Origin: an uncultured Spirochaetales bacterium
GTDB lineage: Bacteria; Spirochaetota; Spirochaetia; JABMQR01
Direction of reading: 5' to 3'
NCBI GenBank assembly: GCA_964567895.1
Contig: CAZMOX010000003.1
Coordinates: 651-64,650 of the forward strand
DNA: 64,000 bases
Shown here: positions 29,421-39,627 of the stretch, piece by piece
Position numbering within the stretch: position 1 is the stretch's first letter
How the letters are laid out: each line of letters opens with the position of its first letter
Program-made: the position numbers and the translations under genes
Notes under the pieces: generated by a model
Databases searched by the model: none
Seen by the model: only the letters and a program-made list of their open reading frames with translations
What the model was told of the DNA's origin: nothing

Positions 29421-31670
29421 CTATAGATTGCCCATTCCATAGATCTTCAACGTTTCAATAAAAATATTCTCATTCCCGAGAAGCGAGAGATTCATTGAAC
29501 TAGATAAAGTGGGGTATATACGACTTGTCAGCATAAAAGAATCATCACCAAAAATTTCAACTTGCGAACGATCCAGCAGAAGTCGTAAAGACATAAACTT
29601 TCCTTCAGAATGAAATATTCCCCCTGTTTTGTGTTGCCCCTGCCTGGTTTTGGCGGATTTACTTGTATCGATATATATTTCACTGGCATCCACATCTACA
29701 AAAAGCAGTGTCTCTTCATCGTGTGAAGGAGACTGTCTAAATGCAATTCCAAATTTTCCTGTTGTAGGATTCTTAACAGTAAGTTGAATCTCCAACATGT
29801 CCCCAGCGATATCTGCTATTGAGCCATTGACTTCACCAAAAGTAACGGATTTTAAATCAAGCAAAACTTTTTCTCGTAAAGATTCAATTTCTTCAATTGG
29901 AGCAAAACGTAAAGCGTCACCATCTGGAGAAAGGTAGAGAGACAGGGGCACTCCTCCGCCATGTGCCCATCCAGCTGCAAACTCGTCAGCTGGAGAGCGT
30001 TGTCCTTGAGTAATGGAAAATAAAATTGCTCTACCCGTTTTGGGATCAATAAAACCCGATGGACCGGTAAATACTCCTTCTCCAAAATCTATAAGTCGTG
30101 GTTCCTGATGCTCTGGTACAAACCGTGCTGAATCGAGATCAAATTGACCAATAAAATAGTAAATATCTATCTTTGCTCCTTCTCCGTGTGGAAGAAAGAG
30201 GAAAATATCTTTTTCGATTCCTGAATCATTTTTTATTTTAAGCAGTACGGGAAGTTCCCAGTGGAGTCCAAGATATGGATATTGTTCATAAGAAGTATCC
30301 ATTAAAGCCCCACGGTAACTCCAGGTAGATTCAAGGTTTTTAGCGGAGTAGATCAAGGCCATTCCTCCCCTGTTTTCAAATCCCGATTCCATTAAAATAT
30401 AATACATACCCTCTCGTTTAAAGATGAAGGGATCGCGAAACTCTCCGGCAATACCTTGTCCTGGAAGTTGTTCAAATAAGATGTTGTCTCCCATTTTCCA
30501 ATCAATTAGTTCTGAATCATTACTATCAGCAGGATATGCAATCGCAGGAGCCTGATTGATTGGTTTAGAAAAATTCCCTGCAGTAAAAACCAATATTGGT
30601 GTATTATCTTCTTTAATTATTGCACTTCCTGACCATACACCATCCGGAGCAACAGAATCTTTTCCAGGCCACAAGGCTTCTTTTACGCAACGCCAGTGAA
30701 TCATATCCAGACTTATAAAATGCCCCCATTGTATGTTTTGCCAGTAAGGCCCAGTGAGATTTTGCTGAAAAAACAGATGGTAATTCCCCTTGTAATAGAG
30801 CGGAGCATGCGGTTCATTCATCCAGTGTCCGGGTGGCGTTATATGGTATTGAGGTTTATGAATATCTTCTGTGTAGAGTTCTGGGGTAAGTCCAATTTCT
30901 TTGTAAGGAATTTGGGGCAGCTCCCCTCCATATGGATCAGTTAAATTATTATAAATTGCTAATACTTCAGTAGTTGAAAGAGCTTTATTATAAATTGATA
31001 ACTCATCCAGATAGCCGTTAAGCATATTCAAATTGAAATTATTTACATTCTGAGAGTCGTTATTCCGCCCGATAAGTAAAGGATTATCATAGGAGTGAGC
31101 CATAGTACTATTTTTTGGAACACGAGCTGCTTTGACAGGGTATCCATTTTTATAGAGTAACATAGATCCATTTACTCCATCAAACACTGCTGTAATGTGA
31201 CTCCACGTGTATTTATCAAGTAAGGCTTTTTCTTCCATACAATTAAGCCATTCTCGACCTGTTCCTACTTGAAATCCAAATCTTCCATGGCGATACATGC
31301 CTACCACAAAACCTTTCTTCTCACTTCCACTTTTCCAGCTAATTACTGCAGAGAGCTCCCCATTTTCTCCAAGCTCAAACGCTCTCGGCGCTGTACAATA
31401 ACTGATCGAAAATGTTTTCTTTGATAAATGTAAAAAAGGAGGAGTGGGATATTCAATATAATTTGAATATCCATCAAATAAAAGGCATCCTCCCACAATT
31501 CCCTGATCGACTTTCCAAAGAGGATCTCTCTTTTGTTGAAAGGTTCCTTTATCCAATGCATAGTGAACAATCTCTTTACTACCAGAAAGTGTTTCTGTAA
31601 TTAGGGATCCATTATTCTCATCAAATCCCCAATGGGCAATACAATCATTTTTTTTCATTAGATTCTCCAA
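29421..31670 (-). CDS. LamG/ConA domain plus GH32 glycoside hydrolase
   Basis: N-terminal HWGFDE...LDELSIYNKAL, then WMNEPH, WGH, WSGSA, FRDP and WELP, with a C-terminal beta-sandwich (LDRSQVE.F...TSRIYP). Confidence 0.88.
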   Translation of the reverse strand: MENLMKKNDCIAHWGFDENNGSLITETLSGSKEIVHYALDKGTFQQKRDPLWKVDQGIVGGCLLFDGYSNYIEYPTPPFLHLSKKTFSISYCTAPRAFELGENGELSAVISWKSGSEKKGFVVGMYRHGRFGFQVGTGREWLNCMEEKALLDKYTWSHITAVFDGVNGSMLLYKNGYPVKAARVPKNSTMAHSYDNPLLIGRNNDSQNVNNFNLNMLNGYLDELSIYNKALSTTEVLAIYNNLTDPYGGELPQIPYKEIGLTPELYTEDIHKPQYHITPPGHWMNEPHAPLYYKGNYHLFFQQNLTGPYWQNIQWGHFISLDMIHWRCVKEALWPGKDSVAPDGVWSGSAIIKEDNTPILVFTAGNFSKPINQAPAIAYPADSNDSELIDWKMGDNILFEQLPGQGIAGEFRDPFIFKREGMYYILMESGFENRGGMALIYSAKNLESTWSYRGALMDTSYEQYPYLGLHWELPVLLKIKNDSGIEKDIFLFLPHGEGAKIDIYYFIGQFDLDSARFVPEHQEPRLIDFGEGVFTGPSGFIDPKTGRAILFSITQGQRSPADEFAAGWAHGGGVPLSLYLSPDGDALRFAPIEEIESLREKVLLDLKSVTFGEVNGSIADIAGDMLEIQLTVKNPTTGKFGIAFRQSPSHDEETLLFVDVDASEIYIDTSKSAKTRQGQHKTGGIFHSEGKFMSLRLLLDRSQVEIFGDDSFMLTSRIYPTLSSSMNLSLLGNENIFIETLKIYGMGNL

Positions 31671-31863
31671 TTTGGTGATTTAAACAAAATAGTATTCAGA
31701 AAAACATTGAATTCGCTTTCTAAAAAAAACTACCTTATACAGAGGGTTAAGTTGTTTTTCTTTTAAATACAATATTTTGTCAAGAGGTTAGTTAAAAGAA
31801 AACTAAAGAAACAACTGTTTCGAAGTGAAAAGTTAGTTAATACAAAAAAATAGTATTTTTTTC

Positions 31864-31920
31864 TTGACGTGAGGCATATTAGCCAGTATACTCAGATGGT
31901 AAACGATTACGTAAACGATT
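31864..31920 (+). promoter_or_regulatory. lacI-family promoter with tandem LacI-type operators
   Basis: TTGACG-N17-TATACT, then GTAAACGATTAC and GTAAACGATT. Confidence 0.7.
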
Positions 31921-31930
31921 TTATCAAGGG

Positions 31931-32944
31931 TTGGACATGAAGCGAGCAAATATTAAAGATGTAGCCAAATTAGCTGGTGTATCGACTGCAACAGTATCAC
32001 ATGTAATAAACGGTACGAGGTTCGTTGAAGAGGCTACAGAGAAACGAGTTCGGCAAGTAATGACCACTCTGCAATATATACCTAGCCACGCAGGAAGACT
32101 ATTAAGATCTCAGAAGTCAAAAACTATTGCTTTACTAGTTCCTATAATGGAAAGAGATACCTCTTCATCATTTTTTATGTCTATCGCCCAGGTGATCGAA
32201 AAAGTGCTGATCAACCAGGGATACCATCTAATTCTTGCCAATTCTTACGAAGATATAAAACAGGAAAAAGCACAACTTTTGAGTCTTTGCTCAAAAATGA
32301 TTGATGGACTGATTTTTGCCCCGACCGGAAATGACTACAGTTATTTGAAAGAAATATTTCCAGAGAATTTTCCAATTGTTTTTATTGACAGAAAGCCGGC
32401 TACATATAGTGATGACACAACGATAATTACCGTTGATGATTCCCAAGCCATCTATAAGGTCCTGTCTCTTTTTAAGGAAAAAGGGAGAAAGCGGATCTCC
32501 TATATTTCTGGTATTGATGATGTTTTTACCAGTAGACATAGATTGTATGAATATAAAAAATCAATTGATCAACTAGGATATAAAAAAGATGATTCGCTGA
32601 TCCTAATTGAAAAACCGTCGTTTGAAGCAGGAGCTAATCTTGCTGAAAAACTTTTAAGCAGAGGGGTAGATGCAATTTTAGTTGGTAATAATGTAATGGC
32701 TCTGGGTGCTGTGTCGATCCTAAACAAGAGTAGAGTTAAAATCCCAGAGGATATATCATTTGTCTGTTTTGATGACTATTATTGGACACTAGCAGTTAAC
32801 CCTCCTTTAACAGTAATAAAACAACCTGTTCATAAGATTGGTTCTGCTGCTGCTGAAACAATACTAAAACAGATAAGAGAGAACACCAGAAGTATCAATA
32901 GAATAGAATTAGAGGCAGAATTGCTGATCAGAGAATCAATATAA
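31931..32944 (+). CDS. LacI-family repressor
   Basis: IKDVAKLAGVSTATVSHVIN HTH plus a sugar-binding domain. Confidence 0.93.
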   Translation: MDMKRANIKDVAKLAGVSTATVSHVINGTRFVEEATEKRVRQVMTTLQYIPSHAGRLLRSQKSKTIALLVPIMERDTSSSFFMSIAQVIEKVLINQGYHLILANSYEDIKQEKAQLLSLCSKMIDGLIFAPTGNDYSYLKEIFPENFPIVFIDRKPATYSDDTTIITVDDSQAIYKVLSLFKEKGRKRISYISGIDDVFTSRHRLYEYKKSIDQLGYKKDDSLILIEKPSFEAGANLAEKLLSRGVDAILVGNNVMALGAVSILNKSRVKIPEDISFVCFDDYYWTLAVNPPLTVIKQPVHKIGSAAAETILKQIRENTRSINRIELEAELLIRESI

Positions 32945-32961
32945 TTTTTTTATTGGTGACG

Positions 32962-32971
32962 TAAACGTTTA
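32962..32971. promoter_or_regulatory. LacI-type operator upstream of the ABC permease
   Basis: Perfect palindrome TAAACGTTTA, sharing the TAAACG half-site with the sites upstream of lacI. Confidence 0.6.
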
Positions 32972-32981
32972 TATCGCATAT

Positions 32982-33905
32982 ATGACAGAGGATTTGTTAA
33001 TGAATATAAGAAAATCCAACAATAAAAAGATATGGCAACTATATCTTTTTTTAATCCCCACATTACTTTATATACTTATTTTTAAGTACATTCCTATGTA
33101 CGGAATAGTTATTGCTTTTAAAGACTATAGTCCTGCCCTTGGTTTTTTGAAAAGTTCCTTTGTAGGCTTTAAACATTTCGAACGGTTTTTTACTTCTTAT
33201 AAATTTTCCCGATTAATTGTGAATACCATTGGGTTAAGTGTTTTCCAAATGCTTATTTGTTTTCCAGCTCCAATTATCTTAGCACTACTTATTAATCAGA
33301 TACGTAGAACAAAATTTAAACGAGCAGTACAAACCATTCTCTATGCGCCTCATTTTATATCAGTAGTCGTTCTCGTTGGAATGATGCATGTTTTCTTATC
33401 TCCGAGTACTGGAATAGTAAATCATTTTATTGAATTGTTCGGGGGGAAATCGATCTTCTTTTTTGGTGAACCAGGCTGGTTCAAACCACTTTATGTAATC
33501 TCCAGCCTTTGGCAAAGTACCGGATGGTTATCCATTATCTATTTAGCGGCACTATCAGGAATAGATCCTTGTCTATATGAAGCTGCAACTATTGATGGGG
33601 CATCAAAATGGCAGAAGCTGAAGCATATTGATATTCCCGGGATTTCATCAATCATCGTTATTCTTCTTATTTTAGAGGTTGGAAAAGTTATGAGTGTGGG
33701 ATTTGAAAAAGCTTTTCTTATGCAAACAGCTTTAAACAAATCAGCAGGGGACATTATTCCTACATATGTTTATGAAAAACGTATTCTGGATGCAAAATAC
33801 AGCTTTTCAACAGCAGTAGGTTTATTTAATACCATAGTGAATGTTCTACTTCTTGCAGGTGCTAACTACTTTTCAAAACGTCGATCAGACACGAGTCTTT
33901 GGTAG
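32982..33905 (+). CDS. Carbohydrate ABC permease (LplB type)
   Basis: YIPMYGIVIAFKDY, APHFIS and LYEAATIDGASKWQ. Confidence 0.9.
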   Translation: MTEDLLMNIRKSNNKKIWQLYLFLIPTLLYILIFKYIPMYGIVIAFKDYSPALGFLKSSFVGFKHFERFFTSYKFSRLIVNTIGLSVFQMLICFPAPIILALLINQIRRTKFKRAVQTILYAPHFISVVVLVGMMHVFLSPSTGIVNHFIELFGGKSIFFFGEPGWFKPLYVISSLWQSTGWLSIIYLAALSGIDPCLYEAATIDGASKWQKLKHIDIPGISSIIVILLILEVGKVMSVGFEKAFLMQTALNKSAGDIIPTYVYEKRILDAKYSFSTAVGLFNTIVNVLLLAGANYFSKRRSDTSLW

Positions 33906-33914
33906 GGTGGGCAA

Positions 33915-34892
33915 ATGAAGAGGAAACTGAAACATAGTAATAACGAAATTTTATTTACCACAATTACTTATGGAATAACGGCTGTTTCAATTTTACTGGT
34001 GATATATCCTCTATGGTTTATTCTTATTGCCTCAATTAGTGATTACAACGCTATTTATGCCGGAAAAGTTTGGCTGCTGCCAAAAGATGTTACATTTGAA
34101 GGATACAAACGAATTTTTAATGATGCCTCAATTTGGAGAAGCTATGTAAATACGATACTCTACACATCATTAGGAACCATGATTTCTCTCACCCTGACTT
34201 TAACTGCCGGATATGCCCTTTCACGATATGAACTAAAATTCAGCAAAGGATTTATGCTTTTCTTTATCATTACTATGTATTTTTCCGGGGGGTTAATCCC
34301 CACCTACCTGCTTGTGGATTCACTTGGGATGATAGATACAATTTGGGCAATGGTAATCCCTGGGTGTGTCGGTGTCTGGAATTTAATTACTGCCCGATGG
34401 GTCGATAATCTTTTTGAACCATATACTGCTGCCCAACTTCGATGGGGACCTATTGGCGAGATTTACGAAAAAACTGCTGAAGGAAAACTTGTTAACCTCC
34501 CACTACCTGAAGGAGTAACAATGGGTGAACTCAGACAGAAAGTAGCTCCTGGTGGAGGAAGCCCCTCTATCGTATTGGCTGAGGATTTTGGAACAATAGT
34601 TGATATGGAACCAAGAGCAGTTGAACGACTTGAAAATATTGTCGATGTCTACTCTCCATTTTTAGTAAGCGAGAATTATCCTCAGGTAACATTCACGGTT
34701 GAGGAACTGCAGGTAATCGATGAATTACTTGGGGATGTTATGGAATTAACAAACGAGAAAAGAGCTAACTGGTTAATGAACGGCTTTTCTGATAAAGATT
34801 GGGAAAAATATTTAAAAGTACTTAACAGCATAGGTATCAATGAGCTAATTTCTGTTTACCAAAGTGCTTTGGACAGGTACAATAATTATTAG
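33915..34892 (+). pseudogene. In-frame chimera: N-half of an ABC permease fused to the C-terminus of an SBP
   Basis: Permease sequence runs to ...VGVWNLITAR (~34397), then soluble LplA-like SBP tail WVDNLFEP...WEKYLKVLNSIGINELISVYQSALDRY. Confidence 0.85.
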
Positions 34893-34952
34893 AAAGATGT
34901 GGTTCTTATAATAATTTCATTCAAAAGAATATCAGTAATTACTTAATATTTC

Positions 34953-34983
34953 AGAAACCGGTGTTCTGACAGCACCGGTTTCT
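34953..34983 (+). terminator. Hairpin after the SBP 3' end
   Basis: 11-bp stem AGAAACCGGTG/CACCGGTTTCT. Confidence 0.6.
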
Positions 34984-35000
34984 CCATAAACAGGATCATC

Positions 35001-36440
35001 ATGAATCAGCAGAAACTAATAAAATCAAACTACCATTTAACTACAAAAAATAATTGGATGAACGATCCTAATGGATTTATCGAAATCGATGGAGTTTATC
35101 ATCTCTATTTTCAGTACAATCCCAACAATCGCACATGGGGAGACATTCACTGGGGTCATGCTACCAGCACCGATCTGATCCATTGGAAAAGTGAGCCAAT
35201 AGCATTGTTTCCACAGCTCGAAAATCAAGAAAAACATTGTTTCTCGGGAAGTGCTGCACAGACCCCCGAAGGACATGTTGTTTTTTTCTATACTAGTATT
35301 GGAGATGGAATTGGCATTCATCAGAGTAGTTCGCCTCAGCAATGGATGGCGCTGGCAATAAAAGATTCTATGAATGTCCTTCAACAAGAGATGTACAATC
35401 CGGTAATGACCCAAGAAATCCATGGGGATTTGAAAGTTGGTGAATGGCGGGATCCCTTCCTTTTCAATCGTGAGGGTATATGGTATGCGTTAATTGGCGG
35501 GATTATTGAAGGAAGAGGTTCGGCTCTTCTATACTCATCTGACAATTTAATAGATTGGACTTTTCTTTCGGTTATTGCTCAAGATGAAGAGATTACCAAC
35601 CATACTTGGGAGTGTCCCAATTTATTTCCTTTGGAGGGGGGTAAATGGCTTTTATTTTACTCTCCGGAAGATATGGTACAATTTCGTATTGGTACTATCA
35701 CTCATGATAAATTCCATACAGAACAGAAAGGAATCCTTGACTATTCTGGCTGGGCTGGTTTTTATGCACCTCAGGGAACTATTGACAGCAGAGGTCGACT
35801 TCTGCTCTTTGGCTGGATGCCTGAAACGGGAAGACCAGATTATAAACATTTCAAAACTAATCTTTGTCAAATGTCTCTTCCTCGTGAGTTAATGATAGGC
35901 AAGAATGGTTCGTTACAAATACACCCCTCTGAGGAAGTCAGATTACTGCTTGAAAACAAAAAAGTAGTAAGAAATTTTCTGGTAAACGAGAATACTCAGC
36001 CGCTATTACATGCAAAATCATTCTACGTAAAATTACAGAACAGGATTCTTCCCGAATCTTCTATTAGCATTCAGTTTCTTAATTCCAAAGATAATTCGGT
36101 GGTCACTACTTTAATAATCAATCCGACAACTCAAATAATCACTTTGGACAGGAGCTTATCTACTCTCAACACTTCTGTAATCCGAAAACCTCAATCAGCT
36201 CCTATAGGATATACAACTGGGGAGCCATTTATCCTTGAGCTGTTTGTCGATCATACCTCTATTGAAGTATTTTCTTGCAGTACTACAGCCCTCTCTTCCA
36301 GGGTTTACCCGATTACTAATGATCAAAATTCTCTCATAATAAAATCAAAGAGTGCTCTTTGTATTGATGTTCTGGAATATCAGGAGATCGAAGTTGAAGT
36401 TGAACCTTATGAAGATACAAATTATAGATCTGAACCTTAA
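35001..36440 (+). CDS. GH32 beta-fructofuranosidase/sucrose-6-phosphate hydrolase
   Basis: Canonical WMNDPNG, WGH, FSGSA, WRDP and WECP. Confidence 0.92.
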   Translation: MNQQKLIKSNYHLTTKNNWMNDPNGFIEIDGVYHLYFQYNPNNRTWGDIHWGHATSTDLIHWKSEPIALFPQLENQEKHCFSGSAAQTPEGHVVFFYTSIGDGIGIHQSSSPQQWMALAIKDSMNVLQQEMYNPVMTQEIHGDLKVGEWRDPFLFNREGIWYALIGGIIEGRGSALLYSSDNLIDWTFLSVIAQDEEITNHTWECPNLFPLEGGKWLLFYSPEDMVQFRIGTITHDKFHTEQKGILDYSGWAGFYAPQGTIDSRGRLLLFGWMPETGRPDYKHFKTNLCQMSLPRELMIGKNGSLQIHPSEEVRLLLENKKVVRNFLVNENTQPLLHAKSFYVKLQNRILPESSISIQFLNSKDNSVVTTLIINPTTQIITLDRSLSTLNTSVIRKPQSAPIGYTTGEPFILELFVDHTSIEVFSCSTTALSSRVYPITNDQNSLIIKSKSALCIDVLEYQEIEVEVEPYEDTNYRSEP

Positions 36441-36621
36441 GTAACTGTGTACAGAGCCAGTATCCCGGTGCCAGAACCGATTTTCAAGTTTGTACAAGTT
36501 TTGGGGTAGGTACATACATTTGATAAAACAAAAATCTACACAGTAAATTTCGAGAATGTAAGCATTCACAATTGTACTTATACAGCAGTAGAAACGCTGC
36601 TTACACCGCTCCCTCTCTCTC

Positions 36622-37554
36622 TCACAACACTCTCTTAATCCGCTTGTCAACAATCCTCTGAAATCCATCCCGTAAATTTTCTGGTAGAAAACTCCAACTT
36701 ATCAATTCCCTCCATGCAGACTGGACTCTCAGTAAATCATCCCGAACAGAATCTATTACCCGATCGGGTAATCCCAGCCGTTCTATTCCCAGATAGACAA
36801 AAAAATCATCTTTTTTAAAGCGCCGCTTTTTCCCACGCAGGGGTAGGGCGGATTCTTCAGCAACACCGTCCCCCAAAGCCAGAGTTGTGTTGACAATATC
36901 ATAGCAAGGCGAGAGTTCATGTTTACCGTTTCTGGAGATTACTGAGAAGTTTTTTAAGTGAGCATCCTCGTTTCCCAAGAGGAAATTGACAAGAACCAAC
37001 CGGAAAATTTTTGCTTTCTCAATTTGAGGGAAAGTCATATACCTGTCCAGTAATTCGACAACCTTCTCAATCGAGTAGTTATATTTAGTTTCACGTGACA
37101 TTCCGGCCAACTGGGAGAAATCCTCAACCGCTAGCTTCTTACTAAGCGGTGCCCGATCAAAACGCCGGATAAAGTATATGAATCGCGAATCACTTCCCCT
37201 GATTAATCCATGAAGCGGAGTTTTACAACCAGCCAAGGCTGCCAGTTTCATTGAGAGATCTTCGTTTTCAGGCAGATACGGATAAAGCTGGTTCTGAGAT
37301 TTTAAAATATATCGTCCATTTCGATTTATGGGAATAAAATCACCCAATGCACCGTTAAAACGCGCACTGATTTTGGGCTGAACTCCCTGAATAGACATTT
37401 TTGCCGCCATATCCCTGGCAAGAGACAACTGTTCCTCAACGGTAAAGGGGAATGGATTGATAGTTTGTGCCTGACGGGATAATAACCGAACTCCTTTTTC
37501 AGAAAATTCCCTGTCAATGGAAATGGGTTTATAGGTAATGGGACAACGCTTCAT
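36622..37554 (-). CDS. hipT: HipT-type Ser/Thr kinase toxin
   Basis: MSIQGVQPK Gly-rich loop, ILK, IRRFDR, GNEDAHLKNFS and LSPCYD; lacks the HipA N-terminal subdomain. Confidence 0.85.
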   Translation of the reverse strand: MKRCPITYKPISIDREFSEKGVRLLSRQAQTINPFPFTVEEQLSLARDMAAKMSIQGVQPKISARFNGALGDFIPINRNGRYILKSQNQLYPYLPENEDLSMKLAALAGCKTPLHGLIRGSDSRFIYFIRRFDRAPLSKKLAVEDFSQLAGMSRETKYNYSIEKVVELLDRYMTFPQIEKAKIFRLVLVNFLLGNEDAHLKNFSVISRNGKHELSPCYDIVNTTLALGDGVAEESALPLRGKKRRFKKDDFFVYLGIERLGLPDRVIDSVRDDLLRVQSAWRELISWSFLPENLRDGFQRIVDKRIKRVL

Positions 37555-37871
37555 AACTCCGGTTCCTCGACTGTTACCGTAACGGCTCCTACCATATCAG
37601 CACCAACAGTAGCCAGCTGGGAGAAGAGGTCGTCTCTGTCAATTTTTCGGGAACGCAGCAGAGCCTCAAGCTGGATTCCTTCCGGGAGAAGTCCTTCGAA
37701 AAATGGTGGGAATTGTGCAAAATTATAGGGTTTCTCAGATATAGGCATAGTTAGCGATACTGGTGATCCTGTATATTCAGGAGTGTAGGTAAATTGATAT
37801 GCCTTCCCTCTCTCTAGTTCATAGAGAAAACCTGCCAGAGTATCACTAACCCAAACAAAAGCCTGCCGCAT
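37551..37871 (-). CDS. hipS: HipS (HipA N-terminal subdomain) antitoxin
   Basis: Y.FTY...PVSLTMP...FPPFFEGLLPEG...GADMVGAV; start refined to MRQAF. Confidence 0.82.
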   Translation of the reverse strand: MRQAFVWVSDTLAGFLYELERGKAYQFTYTPEYTGSPVSLTMPISEKPYNFAQFPPFFEGLLPEGIQLEALLRSRKIDRDDLFSQLATVGADMVGAVTVTVEEPEL

Positions 37872-37917
37872 AGATTCTCTCTCCAGAACACCTTCAAAAG
37901 TTGAAGGCTGATGATTG

Positions 37918-38154
37918 TTATTTATTGATCGAGGTATCAATTTCCTCAGTATATCCAAAGGGGCTTGTCGCAGATAATTTAATGTTCAAAACAGCGAACA
38001 GCCGCATAATATTCTCAAAACGTACTGTTTGTTTGTTATTCTCAACATCAAAAACCGTAGTCTTCCCAACTCCTGCTAAATCAGCAAGTTCCTTCTGGGT
38101 GATGCTTGCCTTTTTTCTGTGCGTCTTGATTAAATCACCAATATTTACTGCCAT
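37918..38154 (-). CDS. hipB: HipB-type XRE HTH
   Basis: RKKASITQKELADLAGVGKTTVFDVENNK. Confidence 0.82.
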   Translation of the reverse strand: MAVNIGDLIKTHRKKASITQKELADLAGVGKTTVFDVENNKQTVRFENIMRLFAVLNIKLSATSPFGYTEEIDTSINK

Positions 38155-38333
38155 AACAGTATTATATATCGATTTTACCGATCAGTCTATAGTAAAAAGA
38201 TATATTTTCTTATAATTACCGTTATGGCGGTACGAACACACATGAGTGCATGATCTCGGTGCCGGGGAACGATTTTTTGAAGCACTGGCGATGAGAAATC
38301 ATCGTTACCTCTTTAGGGTGTACTATTTTGTAC

Positions 38334-38366
38334 TTGACAAGTATATACTAATATAAATAGTATATA
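38334..38366 (+). promoter_or_regulatory. vapBC promoter with inverted-repeat operator
   Basis: TTGACA at 38334; IR TATATACTA-N7-TAGTATATA. Confidence 0.65.
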
Positions 38367-38382
38367 TAAAGAGGTTATATAT

Positions 38383-38640
38383 ATGGCTATATACATAAAA
38401 AACACAAAAGCTGAATCTCTGGCTCGTGAGGTTGCTGACCGCTATGGGGTATCTCTTACTGAGGCGGTGATATCGGCATTGGAAAGTAAACTCCAGGAAC
38501 CTTATTTCGAGGTTAAGACGAGTAATCGGCTTGCAGATGAGCTGCTGGATATCGGGCAGCGTTGTTCCCGGCTTCCCGATTTGGATATGCATAGTGCTAA
38601 TACAATTCTTGGGTATGATGATATGGGAGTCCCGACATGA
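38383..38640 (+). CDS. vapB: VapB-family antitoxin
   Basis: MAIYIKN..AE.LAREVA...G.SLTEAVI.AL, ending LGYDD.G.P. Confidence 0.85.
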   Translation: MAIYIKNTKAESLAREVADRYGVSLTEAVISALESKLQEPYFEVKTSNRLADELLDIGQRCSRLPDLDMHSANTILGYDDMGVPT

Positions 38641-39035
38641 TTGTGGATACCTCAGCAGTCCTGGCTATTCTTTTTCAGGAACCGGAAGCAGCATGGTTTG
38701 CAGAGCAACTTGGAAAATCCGGGAGAAAATTCATGAGTCCGGTAAATACTTTGGAAGCAGATATTGTTCTCCTTGCCCGCAAAGGGGCAGCCGGTCAACG
38801 TGAGTGGGAATTGCTCAGGATGAAAGCCGGGATTGAGATAATTCCCTTTACTGATGCAATGGAGAAAGAGGCGGTGAGGGTCTGGATCAGGTATGGAAAG
38901 GGACGACATAAGGCTGGATTGAATATGGGTGATTGTTGTGCCTATGCACTCGCCGTAGCATCTGGTATGCCTCTACTTTGCAAAGGAAACGATTTTATTC
39001 ATACCGATCTGGAGATACTCAAGGATGAAGGATAA
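38637..39035 (+). CDS. vapC: VapC PIN toxin
   Basis: MIVDTSAVLAIL..EPE, LNMGDCCAYALA and LLCKGNDF..TD. Confidence 0.9.
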   Translation: MIVDTSAVLAILFQEPEAAWFAEQLGKSGRKFMSPVNTLEADIVLLARKGAAGQREWELLRMKAGIEIIPFTDAMEKEAVRVWIRYGKGRHKAGLNMGDCCAYALAVASGMPLLCKGNDFIHTDLEILKDEG

Positions 39036-39218
39036 TATCCTGCTACCCAGATACTGGAATCCCTTAACATCTATACATTCTGAAAGAACATAGTCTTTAT
39101 GTATCTTAACAGCATCAATTTACAGAGAACGAACTATCAAAAATCAGTATAGAAACCCTTTACTGAGCAACTAAAACATCGGATCTCATCTTTCTTAAAA
39201 AACTTGTAAAGAATTACC

Positions 39219-39254
39219 TTGACAGGTAGAGTAATCTTGGTTAGTATTACTCTA
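39219..39254 (+). promoter_or_regulatory. padR promoter/operator
   Basis: TTGACA-N17-TAGTAT overlapped by IR TAGAGTAAT-N10-ATTACTCTA. Confidence 0.65.
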
Positions 39255-39297
39255 TCAGATAGAATAATACTAGAATTGTTTGGAGGGGAGGTATTAC

Positions 39298-39627
39298 ATG
39301 ATAAGTAGTGATGTTATTCGCGGTCACCTTGATGCAATTATACTAAGATTAATTATCGAGAAAGATAGATATGGATATGAACTATCCAAAGAAATCAGTA
39401 AGCGGACGAATAATAATTTTGAGATTAAAGAAGCTACATTATATGCTGTTTTTCAACGATTGGAAAAAAATGCGTTTATCGTATCTTACAGCGGAGAAAT
39501 TACCCATGGGCGAAAGCGAAAATACTACAAAGTAACGGCCTTGGGTAAAGAGTATTACAAGACTAAAGTAGAGGATTGGAAAGAAATTAAAGAAATTATA
39601 GATATATTTATGGAGGATATCGGATGA
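39298..39627 (+). CDS. PadR-family regulator
   Basis: IRGHLDAIIL, DRYGYE, EATLY..F.RLE and RKYY.VT..G; ATG follows GGAGG. Confidence 0.9.
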   Translation: MISSDVIRGHLDAIILRLIIEKDRYGYELSKEISKRTNNNFEIKEATLYAVFQRLEKNAFIVSYSGEITHGRKRKYYKVTALGKEYYKTKVEDWKEIKEIIDIFMEDIG

